Source: an uncultured Bacteroidales bacterium (GTDB lineage Bacteria > Bacteroidota > Bacteroidia > Bacteroidales > UBA932). Taken from it: DNA of 64,000 nucleotides. The first letter of the stretch is position 1. Each line of letters begins with the position of its first letter. Position numbers and translations under genes: made by a program. The notes under the pieces were generated by a model, which ran no database searches, was not told the DNA's origin, and saw only the letters and a list, made by a program, of their open reading frames with translations. Location: assembly GCA_900319855.1 (NCBI GenBank), contig ONQC01000010.1, forward strand, positions 689-64,688, read 5' to 3'. This document shows positions 18,855-28,253 of the stretch, piece after piece.

Positions 18855-20168
18855 ATGGCCAGTTTCATCATCGAAGGCGGACACAAGCTGTCCGGCTCCA
18901 TCCAGCCCCAGGGCGCCAAGAACGAAGCCCTGGAGGTCATCAGCGCCGTCCTCCTGACCCGGGAGGAAGTCGTCATGGAAAACATTCCGGAGATCCTGGA
19001 TGTCAAGAACCTGATCGTCCTGCTCCAGAGCCTGGGTGTCAAGGTGCACCGGCTGGAGAAAGGCAAGTACAGTTTCCAGGCGGACAGCCTGAACGCGGAA
19101 TACGCCGACAGCGAGGAGTTCATCAAGACCTGCGCGAAGTTGCGCGGCTCCGTGATGGTCGCCGGCCCGCTGCTGTGCCGGCTGGGCCATGTCTGGTTCC
19201 CGAAGCCGGGCGGCGACAAGATCGGCCGCCGGAGGGTGGACACCCATATCATGGGCATGGTCAACCTCGGCGCGAAACTGAATTACGACAGTAACCGGAA
19301 GGCTTATCGCCTGGACGCGCCCCAGGGGCTGAAAGGCACCTACATGCTGCTGGACGAGGCTTCCGTGACCGGTACGGCCAACATCCTGATGGCGGCGACC
19401 CTGGCCAAGGGGGAGACGACGATCTACAACGCGGCCTGCGAGCCTTATATCCAGCAACTCAGCAAGATGTTGGTGCGGATGGGCGCAAAGATCGAAGGCA
19501 TCGGCTCCAACCTGCTGAAGATTTGCGGCGTCGAATCGCTCGGCGGCGCATCGCACCGGATCCTGCCGGACATGATTGAGGTGGGTTCCTTTATCGGAAT
19601 GGCCGCCCTGACGCGCAGCAGCCTGACCATCAAGGACACTTCGTATGATGACCTGGGCATCATCCCGGCCCAGTTCCGCCGGCTCGGCATCAACATCGAG
19701 CAGCGCGGGGACGATATCTTTGTCCCGGAGCAGGAAAGCTACGTCATCGACTCCTTCCTGGACGGCTCCATCATGACGATTGCGGACGCTCCCTGGCCGG
19801 GCCTGACCCCGGACCTGCTGAGCGTGATGCTGGTCGTGGCGACCCAGTGCAAGGGCAGCGTGCTGATCCACCAGAAAATGTTCGAGAGCCGTCTCTTTTT
19901 CGTGGACCGGCTCATCGATATGGGTGCGCAGATCATCTTGTGCGACCCGCACCGCGCCGTGGTCATCGGCCACGACCACCATTTCCAGCTCCGTGCGGGC
20001 CGGATGTCCTCGCCGGATATCCGCGCCGGTATCGCCCTGCTGATCGCCGCCATGTCCGCCAAGGGCACGAGCGTGATCGGCAACATCGAGCAGATTGACC
20101 GGGGCTATGAGGATATCGACCTGCGGCTCAATGCCTTGGGCGCCCATATAATCCGCCAGAACGACTAA
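18855..20168 (+). CDS. murA: UDP-N-acetylglucosamine 1-carboxyvinyltransferase (Asp at the Cys115-equivalent position)
   Basis: GAKNEAL, LRGS, PGGDKIGRR, SVTGTAN, EPY, PDMIE, WPG..PD, DIRAG, IDRGYE. Confidence 0.96.
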   Translation: MASFIIEGGHKLSGSIQPQGAKNEALEVISAVLLTREEVVMENIPEILDVKNLIVLLQSLGVKVHRLEKGKYSFQADSLNAEYADSEEFIKTCAKLRGSVMVAGPLLCRLGHVWFPKPGGDKIGRRRVDTHIMGMVNLGAKLNYDSNRKAYRLDAPQGLKGTYMLLDEASVTGTANILMAATLAKGETTIYNAACEPYIQQLSKMLVRMGAKIEGIGSNLLKICGVESLGGASHRILPDMIEVGSFIGMAALTRSSLTIKDTSYDDLGIIPAQFRRLGINIEQRGDDIFVPEQESYVIDSFLDGSIMTIADAPWPGLTPDLLSVMLVVATQCKGSVLIHQKMFESRLFFVDRLIDMGAQIILCDPHRAVVIGHDHHFQLRAGRMSSPDIRAGIALLIAAMSAKGTSVIGNIEQIDRGYEDIDLRLNALGAHIIRQND

Positions 20169-20171
20169 TCC

Positions 20172-21257
20172 ATGACACAGGAATCCTTACAGGCCATCGC
20201 CGCCCGGTTCGCCATCCGGGGACGGGTCCTGACGGTGCAACCGTTGGGCAGCGGACTGATCAACGACACCTTCAAGGTGGAGACGGACGGTCCGGATGAC
20301 TATGTCCTGCAGCGGATCAACCGCGCCATTTTCCAGAACGTCCCCCTGCTGCAGCACAACATCGAAGCCGTGACCCGGCATATCCGGGAAAAACTCGCCG
20401 GAGATCCGGACATCGACCGCAAGGTGCTGCGGTTCATCCCTTTGAGCGATTCGCCCCAGACGTATTTCCAGGCCTCGGACGGGACCTTCTGGCGGGTGTC
20501 CGTCCTGATCCGCGATGCCTATACCCACGAGGCCGTGACCCTGGAGTCCGCCTACGATGCCGGCAAGGCCTTCGGCCGGTTCGAAGCCATGCTCGCAGAC
20601 CTGGAAGAGCCGCTCGGGGAGACAATCCCGGACTTCCACAACATGGAACTCCGCGCCCGCCAGCTGCGGGAAGCCGTCGCCGCGGACAAGGCCGGCCGGA
20701 TGTCGGATCCCGCCGTTCGGGATCTGGTGGAAGAGGTCTTTTCTTATGAGTGGGAAATGTGCAAGGCCGAGCGGATGCACCGCGAAGGACTCCTTCCGAA
20801 ACGCATCTGCCACTGTGATACCAAGGTCAACAACATGCTCTTCGATGCGGATGGCAACGTCCTCTGTGTCATTGACCTGGATACGGTGATGCCAAGTTTC
20901 GTCTTCTCTGATTTCGGGGATTTCATGCGGACGGCGGCCAACACCGGCGCGGAAGACGACCGGGACCTGGGGAACGTCCATTTCAGCCTGTCGATTTTCA
21001 AGGCCTTTTCCAAAGGCTATATCGAGTCGGCCTCCGTGTTCCTGACTCCGGTTGAACGGGAGAACCTGCCGTTCGCCGCCATGCTTTTCCCTTATATGCA
21101 GACGGTTCGTTTCCTGGCGGACTACATCAACGGGGATACCTATTACCGGATCCAATACCCGCAGCACAACTGGATCCGCAGCCTGGCCCAGTGGAAACTC
21201 TTTACCTCCGTCCGGGCCAGCGTTCCTGCCATGAAGGAATGGCTTGACTCGTTGTAA
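20172..21257 (+). CDS. APH-fold phosphotransferase (N-acetylhexosamine 1-kinase NahK-like)
   Basis: GLINDTF, YVLQRIN, ETIPDFHN, HCDTKVNNMLF (Brenner-type motif), IDLDTVMP, RFLADYINGDTYY. Confidence 0.8.
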   Translation: MTQESLQAIAARFAIRGRVLTVQPLGSGLINDTFKVETDGPDDYVLQRINRAIFQNVPLLQHNIEAVTRHIREKLAGDPDIDRKVLRFIPLSDSPQTYFQASDGTFWRVSVLIRDAYTHEAVTLESAYDAGKAFGRFEAMLADLEEPLGETIPDFHNMELRARQLREAVAADKAGRMSDPAVRDLVEEVFSYEWEMCKAERMHREGLLPKRICHCDTKVNNMLFDADGNVLCVIDLDTVMPSFVFSDFGDFMRTAANTGAEDDRDLGNVHFSLSIFKAFSKGYIESASVFLTPVERENLPFAAMLFPYMQTVRFLADYINGDTYYRIQYPQHNWIRSLAQWKLFTSVRASVPAMKEWLDSL

Positions 21258-22499
21258 TTACAGGAATACCAGCGTACTGAGACGGTCGGGGGCGAAGATG
21301 CGGCAGGCAGCCGTACGAAGGTCCTCGGCCGTCAGCGCTTCGATGGCGGCGCGGGTCTCGTCGCTGGAGGAGATGCGACCGAAGGACAGGAGGCTCTTGC
21401 CCATGCTGAGGCATTGCGCCTCCCCGGATTCGGCGCTGATGGCGAGCTGGCCGAGCAGCTGTTTCTTGGCGGCACGGAGTTTTGCGGGAGAAAGCGGCAG
21501 GGTCTGGAACTTGACGATTTCCTTGTGGACGGCGGCCAGGCACCGGTCCAGGTTGGTCTTGTCACAACCCAGGCAGACGGCCATGACGCCGGTCTCCGCA
21601 TACGGGGTATAGGAGACTTCGACGCTGTAGACCCAGCCGTTCCGTTCGCGCAGGATGCTGCCGAGAACGGAATTGGAGGCCGGTCCGCCGAGGATGTTGC
21701 CCAGCAGGTTGGCCGCCAGCCGTTCCTTTTCTTCGTAAAGGGACGGGGCAAAACCTCCGATGACGGCATTCACCTCGTGGTTTTTCTTGTCGGCGGTCTC
21801 TTCGAAGCGGTTCCCGGCCGGCAGCTGGATATCAGCCGGTTGGAAGCCGGTCAGCGGCTCCCGGTCCGGGGCGCCTTCAAACCATTTCCCGATGAGCCGG
21901 ATGACTTCTTTTTCCAGTTTTTCCTCCGGCAGGTCCGCCACCAGGGTGAAGACCATGACTTCCGGACGGAATTTCTCCGCGACGAATCGTCGCAGCTCCT
22001 CCGCCTTGATCTTCTTCACGGATGCGACGGTCCCGAGGATCGGCCGGGAGAGGGGATGGCCGGCGAACAGTTTCTCTTCGAACCGGTCGTAGACATCGTC
22101 GGCCGGACTGTCTTTGTAGGAAAGGATCTCTTCGATGACCACGCCGCGTTCCGTCTCGATCTCGGCCTCGGGGAAGGTCGCCTCGGTCGCCAGTTCGAAT
22201 AGCAGGTTGCCGGCTTTGCGCAGGTCTTCCTTGAGGACGGTGGCGTGGATGACGATTTCTTCCTTGGTGGTATAGGCGTTCAGCTCGCCGCCCAGCCGCT
22301 CGAGGCAATTGTTGATGGTAGCGGCGCGCTTGCGGCGCGTCCCTTTGAAGAGGGTGTGTTCGGTAAAATGGGCGATACCGGCATGGAATCCGGCTTCGTC
22401 CCGGGTCCCGCAGCGGATGCTGAGGGCGCAGTAGGCGGCGGCATTACCGCCGCGACGGACGGCATAGCGGATGCCGCAGGAAGTTTTTCCGATGATCAT
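21258..22499 (-). CDS. M16 family (pitrilysin) zinc peptidase
   Basis: GTRDE, GIAHFTEH (HxxEH), GGELNAYT.KE, ERGVVIEEI. Confidence 0.9.
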   Translation of the reverse strand: MIIGKTSCGIRYAVRRGGNAAAYCALSIRCGTRDEAGFHAGIAHFTEHTLFKGTRRKRAATINNCLERLGGELNAYTTKEEIVIHATVLKEDLRKAGNLLFELATEATFPEAEIETERGVVIEEILSYKDSPADDVYDRFEEKLFAGHPLSRPILGTVASVKKIKAEELRRFVAEKFRPEVMVFTLVADLPEEKLEKEVIRLIGKWFEGAPDREPLTGFQPADIQLPAGNRFEETADKKNHEVNAVIGGFAPSLYEEKERLAANLLGNILGGPASNSVLGSILRERNGWVYSVEVSYTPYAETGVMAVCLGCDKTNLDRCLAAVHKEIVKFQTLPLSPAKLRAAKKQLLGQLAISAESGEAQCLSMGKSLLSFGRISSSDETRAAIEALTAEDLRTAACRIFAPDRLSTLVFL

Positions 22500-23320
22500 C
22501 AGCGAGGTTTGACAAGGTCGTTCAGGTCGGATTTGAGCAGGCCCGCCCCGGTGCTGCCGCTGATCTTGTGCTGCTTGTACCAGAGGATTTCATGGGTCCG
22601 TGCATCCACGTAATATTTGTAACAGGAGGAACCCTTGACGATCTCGGCCGGGCGGATGCAGAAGGCGACGACGGCGTCCAGCCCATCCCGGACGGCAGCG
22701 TCGGCCGTGGCGGCGTCCACCAGGTGAATCCCCTCATCGAACTTTTTGTCAATGAAGTCTTTGCCGATCTGCGGGGAGAGTTCGTCCTCTACGAGGTAAA
22801 TGTCTTTTTCTCCGGTCCTGCGGAGGGAACCGATGGCCGATCCGAAGCGCTTGAAATCGCTGCTCCGGGCCTGTTGTACATAGCTCTGGATCGCCTCCAG
22901 CAACGCGGGGAGCAGGGCGGCTTCCCGGCCGGTCGGCTTCCCGGCGGGACAGAGGGCCAGGCGGGCGATATCCATCATGCCGTCCACTTCCTTCGCACCG
23001 CCTTTGAGGAGATGAAGGAAGGTCAGGCCGCCGGGTTCCTTCTTCCGGTCAGCCTCCCGGGTCACCAGGAAATACCAGTTGTCGCTGGTGCGCAGCCGGT
23101 CGAATTCTTCCTGCGTGCAGGTCTCGTAAGGGGAAAGGTTCCATGCATCCTTGGCGGCCTGGCGGAGCGCTTCGTCGAGGATGGGGTCTCCCGGCAGGAC
23201 CACTTTCAGGGTCTTGCTGTCGAAGTCGCTGAGTTTCTCTTTCTTCGTCGTGATCTGTGCCTGACCGGCGGCGGACAGGCAGAGCAGAAGCCCGAGAAGG
23301 AATGCAAAAATTCGTTTCAT
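22499..23320 (-). CDS. Hypothetical secreted protein
   Basis: Sec signal peptide MKRIFAFLLGLLLCLSAAG-QAQ; stop overlaps the M16 start; no family recognised. Confidence 0.7.
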   Translation of the reverse strand: MKRIFAFLLGLLLCLSAAGQAQITTKKEKLSDFDSKTLKVVLPGDPILDEALRQAAKDAWNLSPYETCTQEEFDRLRTSDNWYFLVTREADRKKEPGGLTFLHLLKGGAKEVDGMMDIARLALCPAGKPTGREAALLPALLEAIQSYVQQARSSDFKRFGSAIGSLRRTGEKDIYLVEDELSPQIGKDFIDKKFDEGIHLVDAATADAAVRDGLDAVVAFCIRPAEIVKGSSCYKYYVDARTHEILWYKQHKISGSTGAGLLKSDLNDLVKPR

Positions 23321-23325
23321 AAGCA

Positions 23326-23333
23326 CAAAGGTA
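23326..23333 (-). promoter_or_regulatory. Bacteroidetes -7 box (TACCTTTG), 5 nt before ATG 23320
   Basis: Exact TAnnTTTG, back-to-back with the dnaX promoter. Confidence 0.6.
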
Positions 23334-23347
23334 ATCAAAATAATGCG

Positions 23348-23355
23348 TACATTTG
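23348..23355 (+). promoter_or_regulatory. Bacteroidetes -7 box (TACATTTG) for dnaX-lptB
   Basis: Exact TAnnTTTG 25 nt upstream of ATG 23381. Confidence 0.6.
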
Positions 23356-23380
23356 TAAACTAGGCTAAACAGAAAGTACC

Positions 23381-25108
23381 ATGTCGCAGTATATCGTATC
23401 CGCGCGGAAATACAGGCCGGACTCCTTCGAGTCCCTGATCGGTCAGGACAACATCGTCCAGACCCTCAAGAACTCCATCATCCGGGGGCAGCTCGCCCAT
23501 GCCTACCTCTTCTGCGGTCCCCGCGGGGTCGGAAAGACCAGTGCGGCGCGCATCTTTGCCAAGACCATCAACTGCGCCCATCCGACGGCCGACATGGAAC
23601 CTTGCGGCGAATGCGAATCCTGCGTTTCTTTCCGCGAAGGCCGTTCCTACTGCATCCATGAGCTCGATGCCGCTTCCAACAACAGCGTGGACGATATCAA
23701 GCTCCTGATCGACCAGGTCAACATCCCGCCGCAGGTCGGCCGGTACAGCGTCTACATCGTTGATGAGGTCCACATGCTCAGCCAGGCCGCTTTCAACGCC
23801 TTCCTGAAGACCCTCGAAGAGCCGCCGGCACATGCTATTTTCATCTTGGCGACCACCGAGAAACACAAGATCCTCCCGACCATCCTTTCCCGTTGCCAGA
23901 CGTATGACTTCAACCGGATCGGAGTTCCGGATATCGTCCGCAATTTGCGGGCCATTGCCGGAAAGGAGGGCATCACGATCGACGACGAGTCCCTGCATGT
24001 CATCGCATTGAAGGCGGACGGCGCCATGCGCGACGCCCTGACCATCTTCGACCAGACGGTGGCTTTCTGCGGCACGGAAGTCAAGTATGAAGATGTCCTG
24101 CGGAACCTCAATGTCCTGGATTACGAGCATTGTTTCCGGCTTGTCGACGCCTTCCTGGCTGGGGATTATCCCACGGCCCTGCTGAAATTCGACGAGATCC
24201 TGTCCAAGGGATTCAACGCCCTGCATTTCGTGGCATCCCTGAGCAGCCACCTGCGTGACCTGATGGTCGCCCGGAGCGGGGGACTCGACGCCCTGCTGGA
24301 ACTCCCGGAATCCCTCAAGGCCAAATACCGCGAGCAGGCCGCGCGCTGCCCGATGCAGTTCCTTTACGATGCCCTGGCGACGACGACCGCCTGCGAGGCC
24401 GGCTACAAGGCCGCCGTCAATCCGCGCCTGCACATCGAATTCGCCCTGATGCGGCTGAGTTTCCTGTGCGGAAGCGGAGAAGTCTCCCTCCGTCCGGCTG
24501 CCCCTGCGGCCCCGGTTGCCAAACCGGTCGCCTCGGCCGCCCCTGCCGTTAAACCGGCCCCTTCGTCCCAGCCTGCGACTCCTACGGCACCGGCACCTGC
24601 AGCACCTGCGGCTCCGGCCGAGCCCGCCCCGACCCGCCGGCGCTCCGCCAAGACCAGCGGCGCCCTGTCCCTGACCGGCATCAAGGAAGCTGAAGAGGCC
24701 GCCCGTCCCGCTTTCGACCCCGCCGCCGGCGGAGATGTCCTCCCTGACGATGCCAAGGTCGCCGAGATGTGGAAAGAACTGGCAAAAGACTATGCGGGCC
24801 GTCCGCGCCTGGCCTCCATGCTCTCCACCTCGAAGACTGAGATCAGCGAGCAGGACGGAACCAAGGTCCTTTCCTTCTATGTGATGAACGTATCCCAGCA
24901 GGACTGGATCAAGGAGAAGATCCTCTCCGAGTTTGAAACCAAGCTCCGCCGGCTGCTCGGTACGGCGAAAATCCGCCTGGAAGTCCTCGTGACCCCGGAC
25001 GAAGAAGTCAAGAAAATCAATTACACCCAGCAGGAACAGGCCGCCGCCCTGATGCAGGACAATCCGGAGGTCAAGAACCTGGTCACCGACATGGGACTCG
25101 ATATTTAA
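23381..25108 (+). CDS. dnaX: DNA polymerase III subunit gamma/tau
   Basis: [42 protein letters not shown]; Pro/Ala-rich linker. Confidence 0.96.
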   Translation: MSQYIVSARKYRPDSFESLIGQDNIVQTLKNSIIRGQLAHAYLFCGPRGVGKTSAARIFAKTINCAHPTADMEPCGECESCVSFREGRSYCIHELDAASNNSVDDIKLLIDQVNIPPQVGRYSVYIVDEVHMLSQAAFNAFLKTLEEPPAHAIFILATTEKHKILPTILSRCQTYDFNRIGVPDIVRNLRAIAGKEGITIDDESLHVIALKADGAMRDALTIFDQTVAFCGTEVKYEDVLRNLNVLDYEHCFRLVDAFLAGDYPTALLKFDEILSKGFNALHFVASLSSHLRDLMVARSGGLDALLELPESLKAKYREQAARCPMQFLYDALATTTACEAGYKAAVNPRLHIEFALMRLSFLCGSGEVSLRPAAPAAPVAKPVASAAPAVKPAPSSQPATPTAPAPAAPAAPAEPAPTRRRSAKTSGALSLTGIKEAEEAARPAFDPAAGGDVLPDDAKVAEMWKELAKDYAGRPRLASMLSTSKTEISEQDGTKVLSFYVMNVSQQDWIKEKILSEFETKLRRLLGTAKIRLEVLVTPDEEVKKINYTQQEQAAALMQDNPEVKNLVTDMGLDI

Positions 25109-25112
25109 GCGT

Positions 25113-25925
25113 ATGAGACTGCACTGCGAAAACCTCGTCAAGAAATACGGCGTACGGACCGTCGTTAAAGGCGTGTCCATGGAAGTGGAACAAGGAGAAA
25201 TCGTCGGATTCCTCGGCCCGAACGGCGCCGGCAAGACGACCAGCTTCTACATGATCACGGGCCAGATCGTCCCGAACGACGGCCGGATCTTCCTGGATGA
25301 CACCGAAATTACCGGCCTACCGATGTACAAGCGCTCCCAGATGGGCATCGGTTACCTTCCGCAGGAAGCCTCCGTCTTCCGTAAGATGAGCGTTGAGGAC
25401 AACATCTTGTCCGTCATGGAGATGCATGATATGACCCGGGCCGAACGCCATGACCGGCTGGAGTCCCTGATCGACGAGTTCAACCTCAGCAAGGTCCGCA
25501 AGAGCCTGGGTATCCAACTCTCCGGCGGTGAGCGCCGCCGTTGCGAAATCGCTCGAGCCCTGGCCATCGATCCCAAGTTCATCCTGCTGGACGAACCTTT
25601 CGCCGGCGTCGACCCGATCGCCGTCGAGGATATCCAGTATATCATCGCCAAACTGAAATACAAGAACATCGGCGTCATCATCACCGACCACAACGTTGGC
25701 GAGACCCTGGCCATCACCGACCGTGCCTACCTGCTGTACGAAGGAACCATCCTCCAGCACGGTACCCCGGCGTCCCTGGCGGCCGACGAGGATGTCCGCA
25801 CCAAGTATCTCGGTTCCGGTTTCGTCCTCAAGCGCTCCGTCTCCGTCGACCGCGCCCAGCGGGAGCATGAAGAAATGCTGAAAGCCCAGGCCGCAGCCCA
25901 GGCTTCCGCACCCTCCGGGGAATAA
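25113..25925 (+). CDS. lptB: LPS export ABC transporter ATP-binding protein
   Basis: [58 protein letters not shown]. Confidence 0.94.
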   Translation: MRLHCENLVKKYGVRTVVKGVSMEVEQGEIVGFLGPNGAGKTTSFYMITGQIVPNDGRIFLDDTEITGLPMYKRSQMGIGYLPQEASVFRKMSVEDNILSVMEMHDMTRAERHDRLESLIDEFNLSKVRKSLGIQLSGGERRRCEIARALAIDPKFILLDEPFAGVDPIAVEDIQYIIAKLKYKNIGVIITDHNVGETLAITDRAYLLYEGTILQHGTPASLAADEDVRTKYLGSGFVLKRSVSVDRAQREHEEMLKAQAAAQASAPSGE

Positions 25926-25931
25926 TCCTTT

Positions 25932-28157
25932 TTATTCGGCCGTCAGCCGCAGCACGCGGCTGGAATAGCCCTGCATGGCGACCTGTTCGGCATAGGCGGA
26001 CGGGTAGGCCGGTATGTCCAGGCCGTTTTCCATCAGGTATTTTCCGCTGAATGACTTCCCTTCGAACGACAGCGGTCCCCCGATGCGGTCGAGTTCCGTT
26101 ACGGTGTACCGGCGGTCCGGATCCAGGCCGGCCATCTTAACGCGCGGCAGATGCTGGTCGTAGTAGTGGTCGGTCTTCCACCAGAAGAAGACGGCCTCAT
26201 CCTTTTTCTCCGATACATACATCAGCGAGGCGAGCCCCAGCCGGTCATACGGGGAGACGAGCCGGTACTGGTCGCCCAGCTGGACGACCGGGCGGATCTG
26301 CTTGTATTCGGCGATGGCCTTCCTGCATTGGGCAATCTCCTGTTCGGTCATGTCCTTGGGCTGCAGTTCCATGCCGAGGCGGCCGCTCATGGCCACATCG
26401 ATGCGGAATTTCAGCGGGGTGACCCTGCGGTTGGTGTGGTTCGGGACGGCGCTGATGTGCGAGGCCATGGCGATGGCCGGGAAGAAATAGGACGTGCCCC
26501 ACTGCATGTAGATGCGCTGCAGGGCGTCGGTGTTGTCGCTGACCCAGAACTCGTCGAACCAGGGCAGGACGCCGTAGTTGGCGCGGCCGCCGCCACTGGC
26601 GCAGGCCTGGATGGTCACTTCCGGATATTTCGCCCGGATCCGGTCGCAGACGGCGGCGAATCCGCGGTGGTATTCGATGAGCAGTTTGCCCTGGTCTTTC
26701 AGGTAGGTGCTGCCGTGGCTCTGGAGGGGCATGTTCGCATCCCATTTGATGTAATCGATGCCCGGATAGTCCGTGAGCAGGTCATCCACGATGCCGAAGA
26801 CGAAGTCCTGTACGGCCGGGTTGCCCAGGTCGAGGACGAGCTGGGTGCCGCCACGGCCTTGCGAGAGCGGGCGGGACGGGGCGTTGAGGACCCACTCCGG
26901 ATGCTTCTCGTAAAGCTCGGATTTGGAATTGGTCATCTCGGGCTCGATCCAGATGCCGAAGCTGATCTTGTGGCCAGAGGCCGCATCGACCAGCCACTGG
27001 ATGCCGTGCGGCAGTTTGCGGGTGTCGACCTGCCAGTCGCCCAGGGAACTGTTGTCGATGTTGCGCGGATACTTGACGCCGAACCAGCCGTCGTCCATGA
27101 CGAAGAGTTCGCCGCCCATGCCCGCGATGTCGGCCATCATCTTGTCCATAGTGGGCTCGTTGATGTTGAAGTAGACGCCTTCCCAGCTGTTCAGCAGGAT
27201 CTTGCGCTCCTTGTCGCCATGGGCGATCCGGTGGTCGCGGGCCCAGCGGTGGAAGTTGCGGGAGGCGCCGCTCAGACCTTCCCCGGACCAGGTGAAAGCG
27301 AGTTCCGGGGTGCGGAAGGTCTCGCCGCCCGCGAGTTCATAGGCGCTGTGGTCGGGGCTGATGCCGGCGAAGAACCGGTGGTAATCGGTGTCGTTCGTGA
27401 CGGTCTCCAGGTGGTAGTCGCCGCTGTAGCAAAGCGCGGCGCCCAGGACCGCCCCTTCCGTTTCGGACGGCCGCCCATCCAGGCTGAACATCATTTCGGC
27501 GTGGGACGTATGGGAGTTGCGTACGCCGTCTTTGTTCTCGATCTTGAGGATGCCCGGCTGGAGTTCTTCCTGCACCAGCTGGCCTTCATTGGCCCAGGTC
27601 CCGGTCAGGTGGGACGCCCAAACGTGGCCGCGGCGGACCGGCAGGCAGGCCGAGTCGAAACGGCGCAGCAGGACGGATTTCTTTTTCTCCCCGTTGGTGA
27701 TTTCGGTCCAGGTCTCGATCATGTCGACATCCTGGAAGGCCTTGTAAAAGACCTTGACGGTGAAGGGGTATACCTTGTCTTTCAGGATGATCGTCGCCAG
27801 GGTCGCGTCGCAGGCGGCGTGGATGCCATCCGCTGCTTCATGGATGTCCCGGACTGTCCAGCTTTCGACGGCCAGGTCGAGGGTCATGTCTCCGCCAGGG
27901 TGGGTGACGGCCAGCGCATCAAGCGTGATATTGCCCTGGCCATAAGCCGGATAGGCGTCCTGCGGCTTCCATCCGGATGCCTCCAGGCCGTCGACGTCCG
28001 TGTCCTGGATCCGGGCACCGAAATAGACATATTGCAGGGATCCGCCTTCGTCGGCCTTGAGCACCAGGGAGGTGCTGGGGGTCGTCAGATGGATGTTCTC
28101 AGCGAAAAGGGTGGCTGCCATCGTCAGCAGCAGGAAGGAAAGGAAGAAGCGTCTCAT
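25932..28157 (-). CDS. Alpha-galactosidase, GH36, secreted
   Basis: Signal peptide; LNSWEGVYF, FVMDDGWF, LGDW, FGIWIEPEM, YIKWDAN (nucleophile), CASGGGR, WVSDNTD (acid/base). Confidence 0.93.
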   Translation of the reverse strand: MRRFFLSFLLLTMAATLFAENIHLTTPSTSLVLKADEGGSLQYVYFGARIQDTDVDGLEASGWKPQDAYPAYGQGNITLDALAVTHPGGDMTLDLAVESWTVRDIHEAADGIHAACDATLATIILKDKVYPFTVKVFYKAFQDVDMIETWTEITNGEKKKSVLLRRFDSACLPVRRGHVWASHLTGTWANEGQLVQEELQPGILKIENKDGVRNSHTSHAEMMFSLDGRPSETEGAVLGAALCYSGDYHLETVTNDTDYHRFFAGISPDHSAYELAGGETFRTPELAFTWSGEGLSGASRNFHRWARDHRIAHGDKERKILLNSWEGVYFNINEPTMDKMMADIAGMGGELFVMDDGWFGVKYPRNIDNSSLGDWQVDTRKLPHGIQWLVDAASGHKISFGIWIEPEMTNSKSELYEKHPEWVLNAPSRPLSQGRGGTQLVLDLGNPAVQDFVFGIVDDLLTDYPGIDYIKWDANMPLQSHGSTYLKDQGKLLIEYHRGFAAVCDRIRAKYPEVTIQACASGGGRANYGVLPWFDEFWVSDNTDALQRIYMQWGTSYFFPAIAMASHISAVPNHTNRRVTPLKFRIDVAMSGRLGMELQPKDMTEQEIAQCRKAIAEYKQIRPVVQLGDQYRLVSPYDRLGLASLMYVSEKKDEAVFFWWKTDHYYDQHLPRVKMAGLDPDRRYTVTELDRIGGPLSFEGKSFSGKYLMENGLDIPAYPSAYAEQVAMQGYSSRVLRLTAE

Positions 28158-28178
28158 TGGTCAATCCGTTTTGTATCA

Positions 28179-28186
28179 CAAAGATA
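28179..28186 (-). promoter_or_regulatory. Bacteroidetes -7 box (TATCTTTG) for the GH36 gene
   Basis: Exact TAnnTTTG about 20 nt upstream of the ATG. Confidence 0.6.
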
Positions 28187-28198
28187 AATAAATGATAG

Positions 28199-28225
28199 AA
28201 AAAAGACGGGCTAGAACCCGTCTTT
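28199..28225 (-). terminator. Intrinsic terminator after the NtrC-family regulator
   Basis: Minus strand aaagacggg-ttctag-cccgtctttttt. Confidence 0.75.
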
Positions 28226-28253
28226 GATAAGATTGTATGAAACTTCGGCAGAA

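Noticed and set aside
24480-24680. Pro/Ala-rich low-complexity stretch in dnaX as a repeat or frameshift site
   Set aside because: It is the ordinary tau linker, and I see no A6G-type slippery site with a downstream hairpin.
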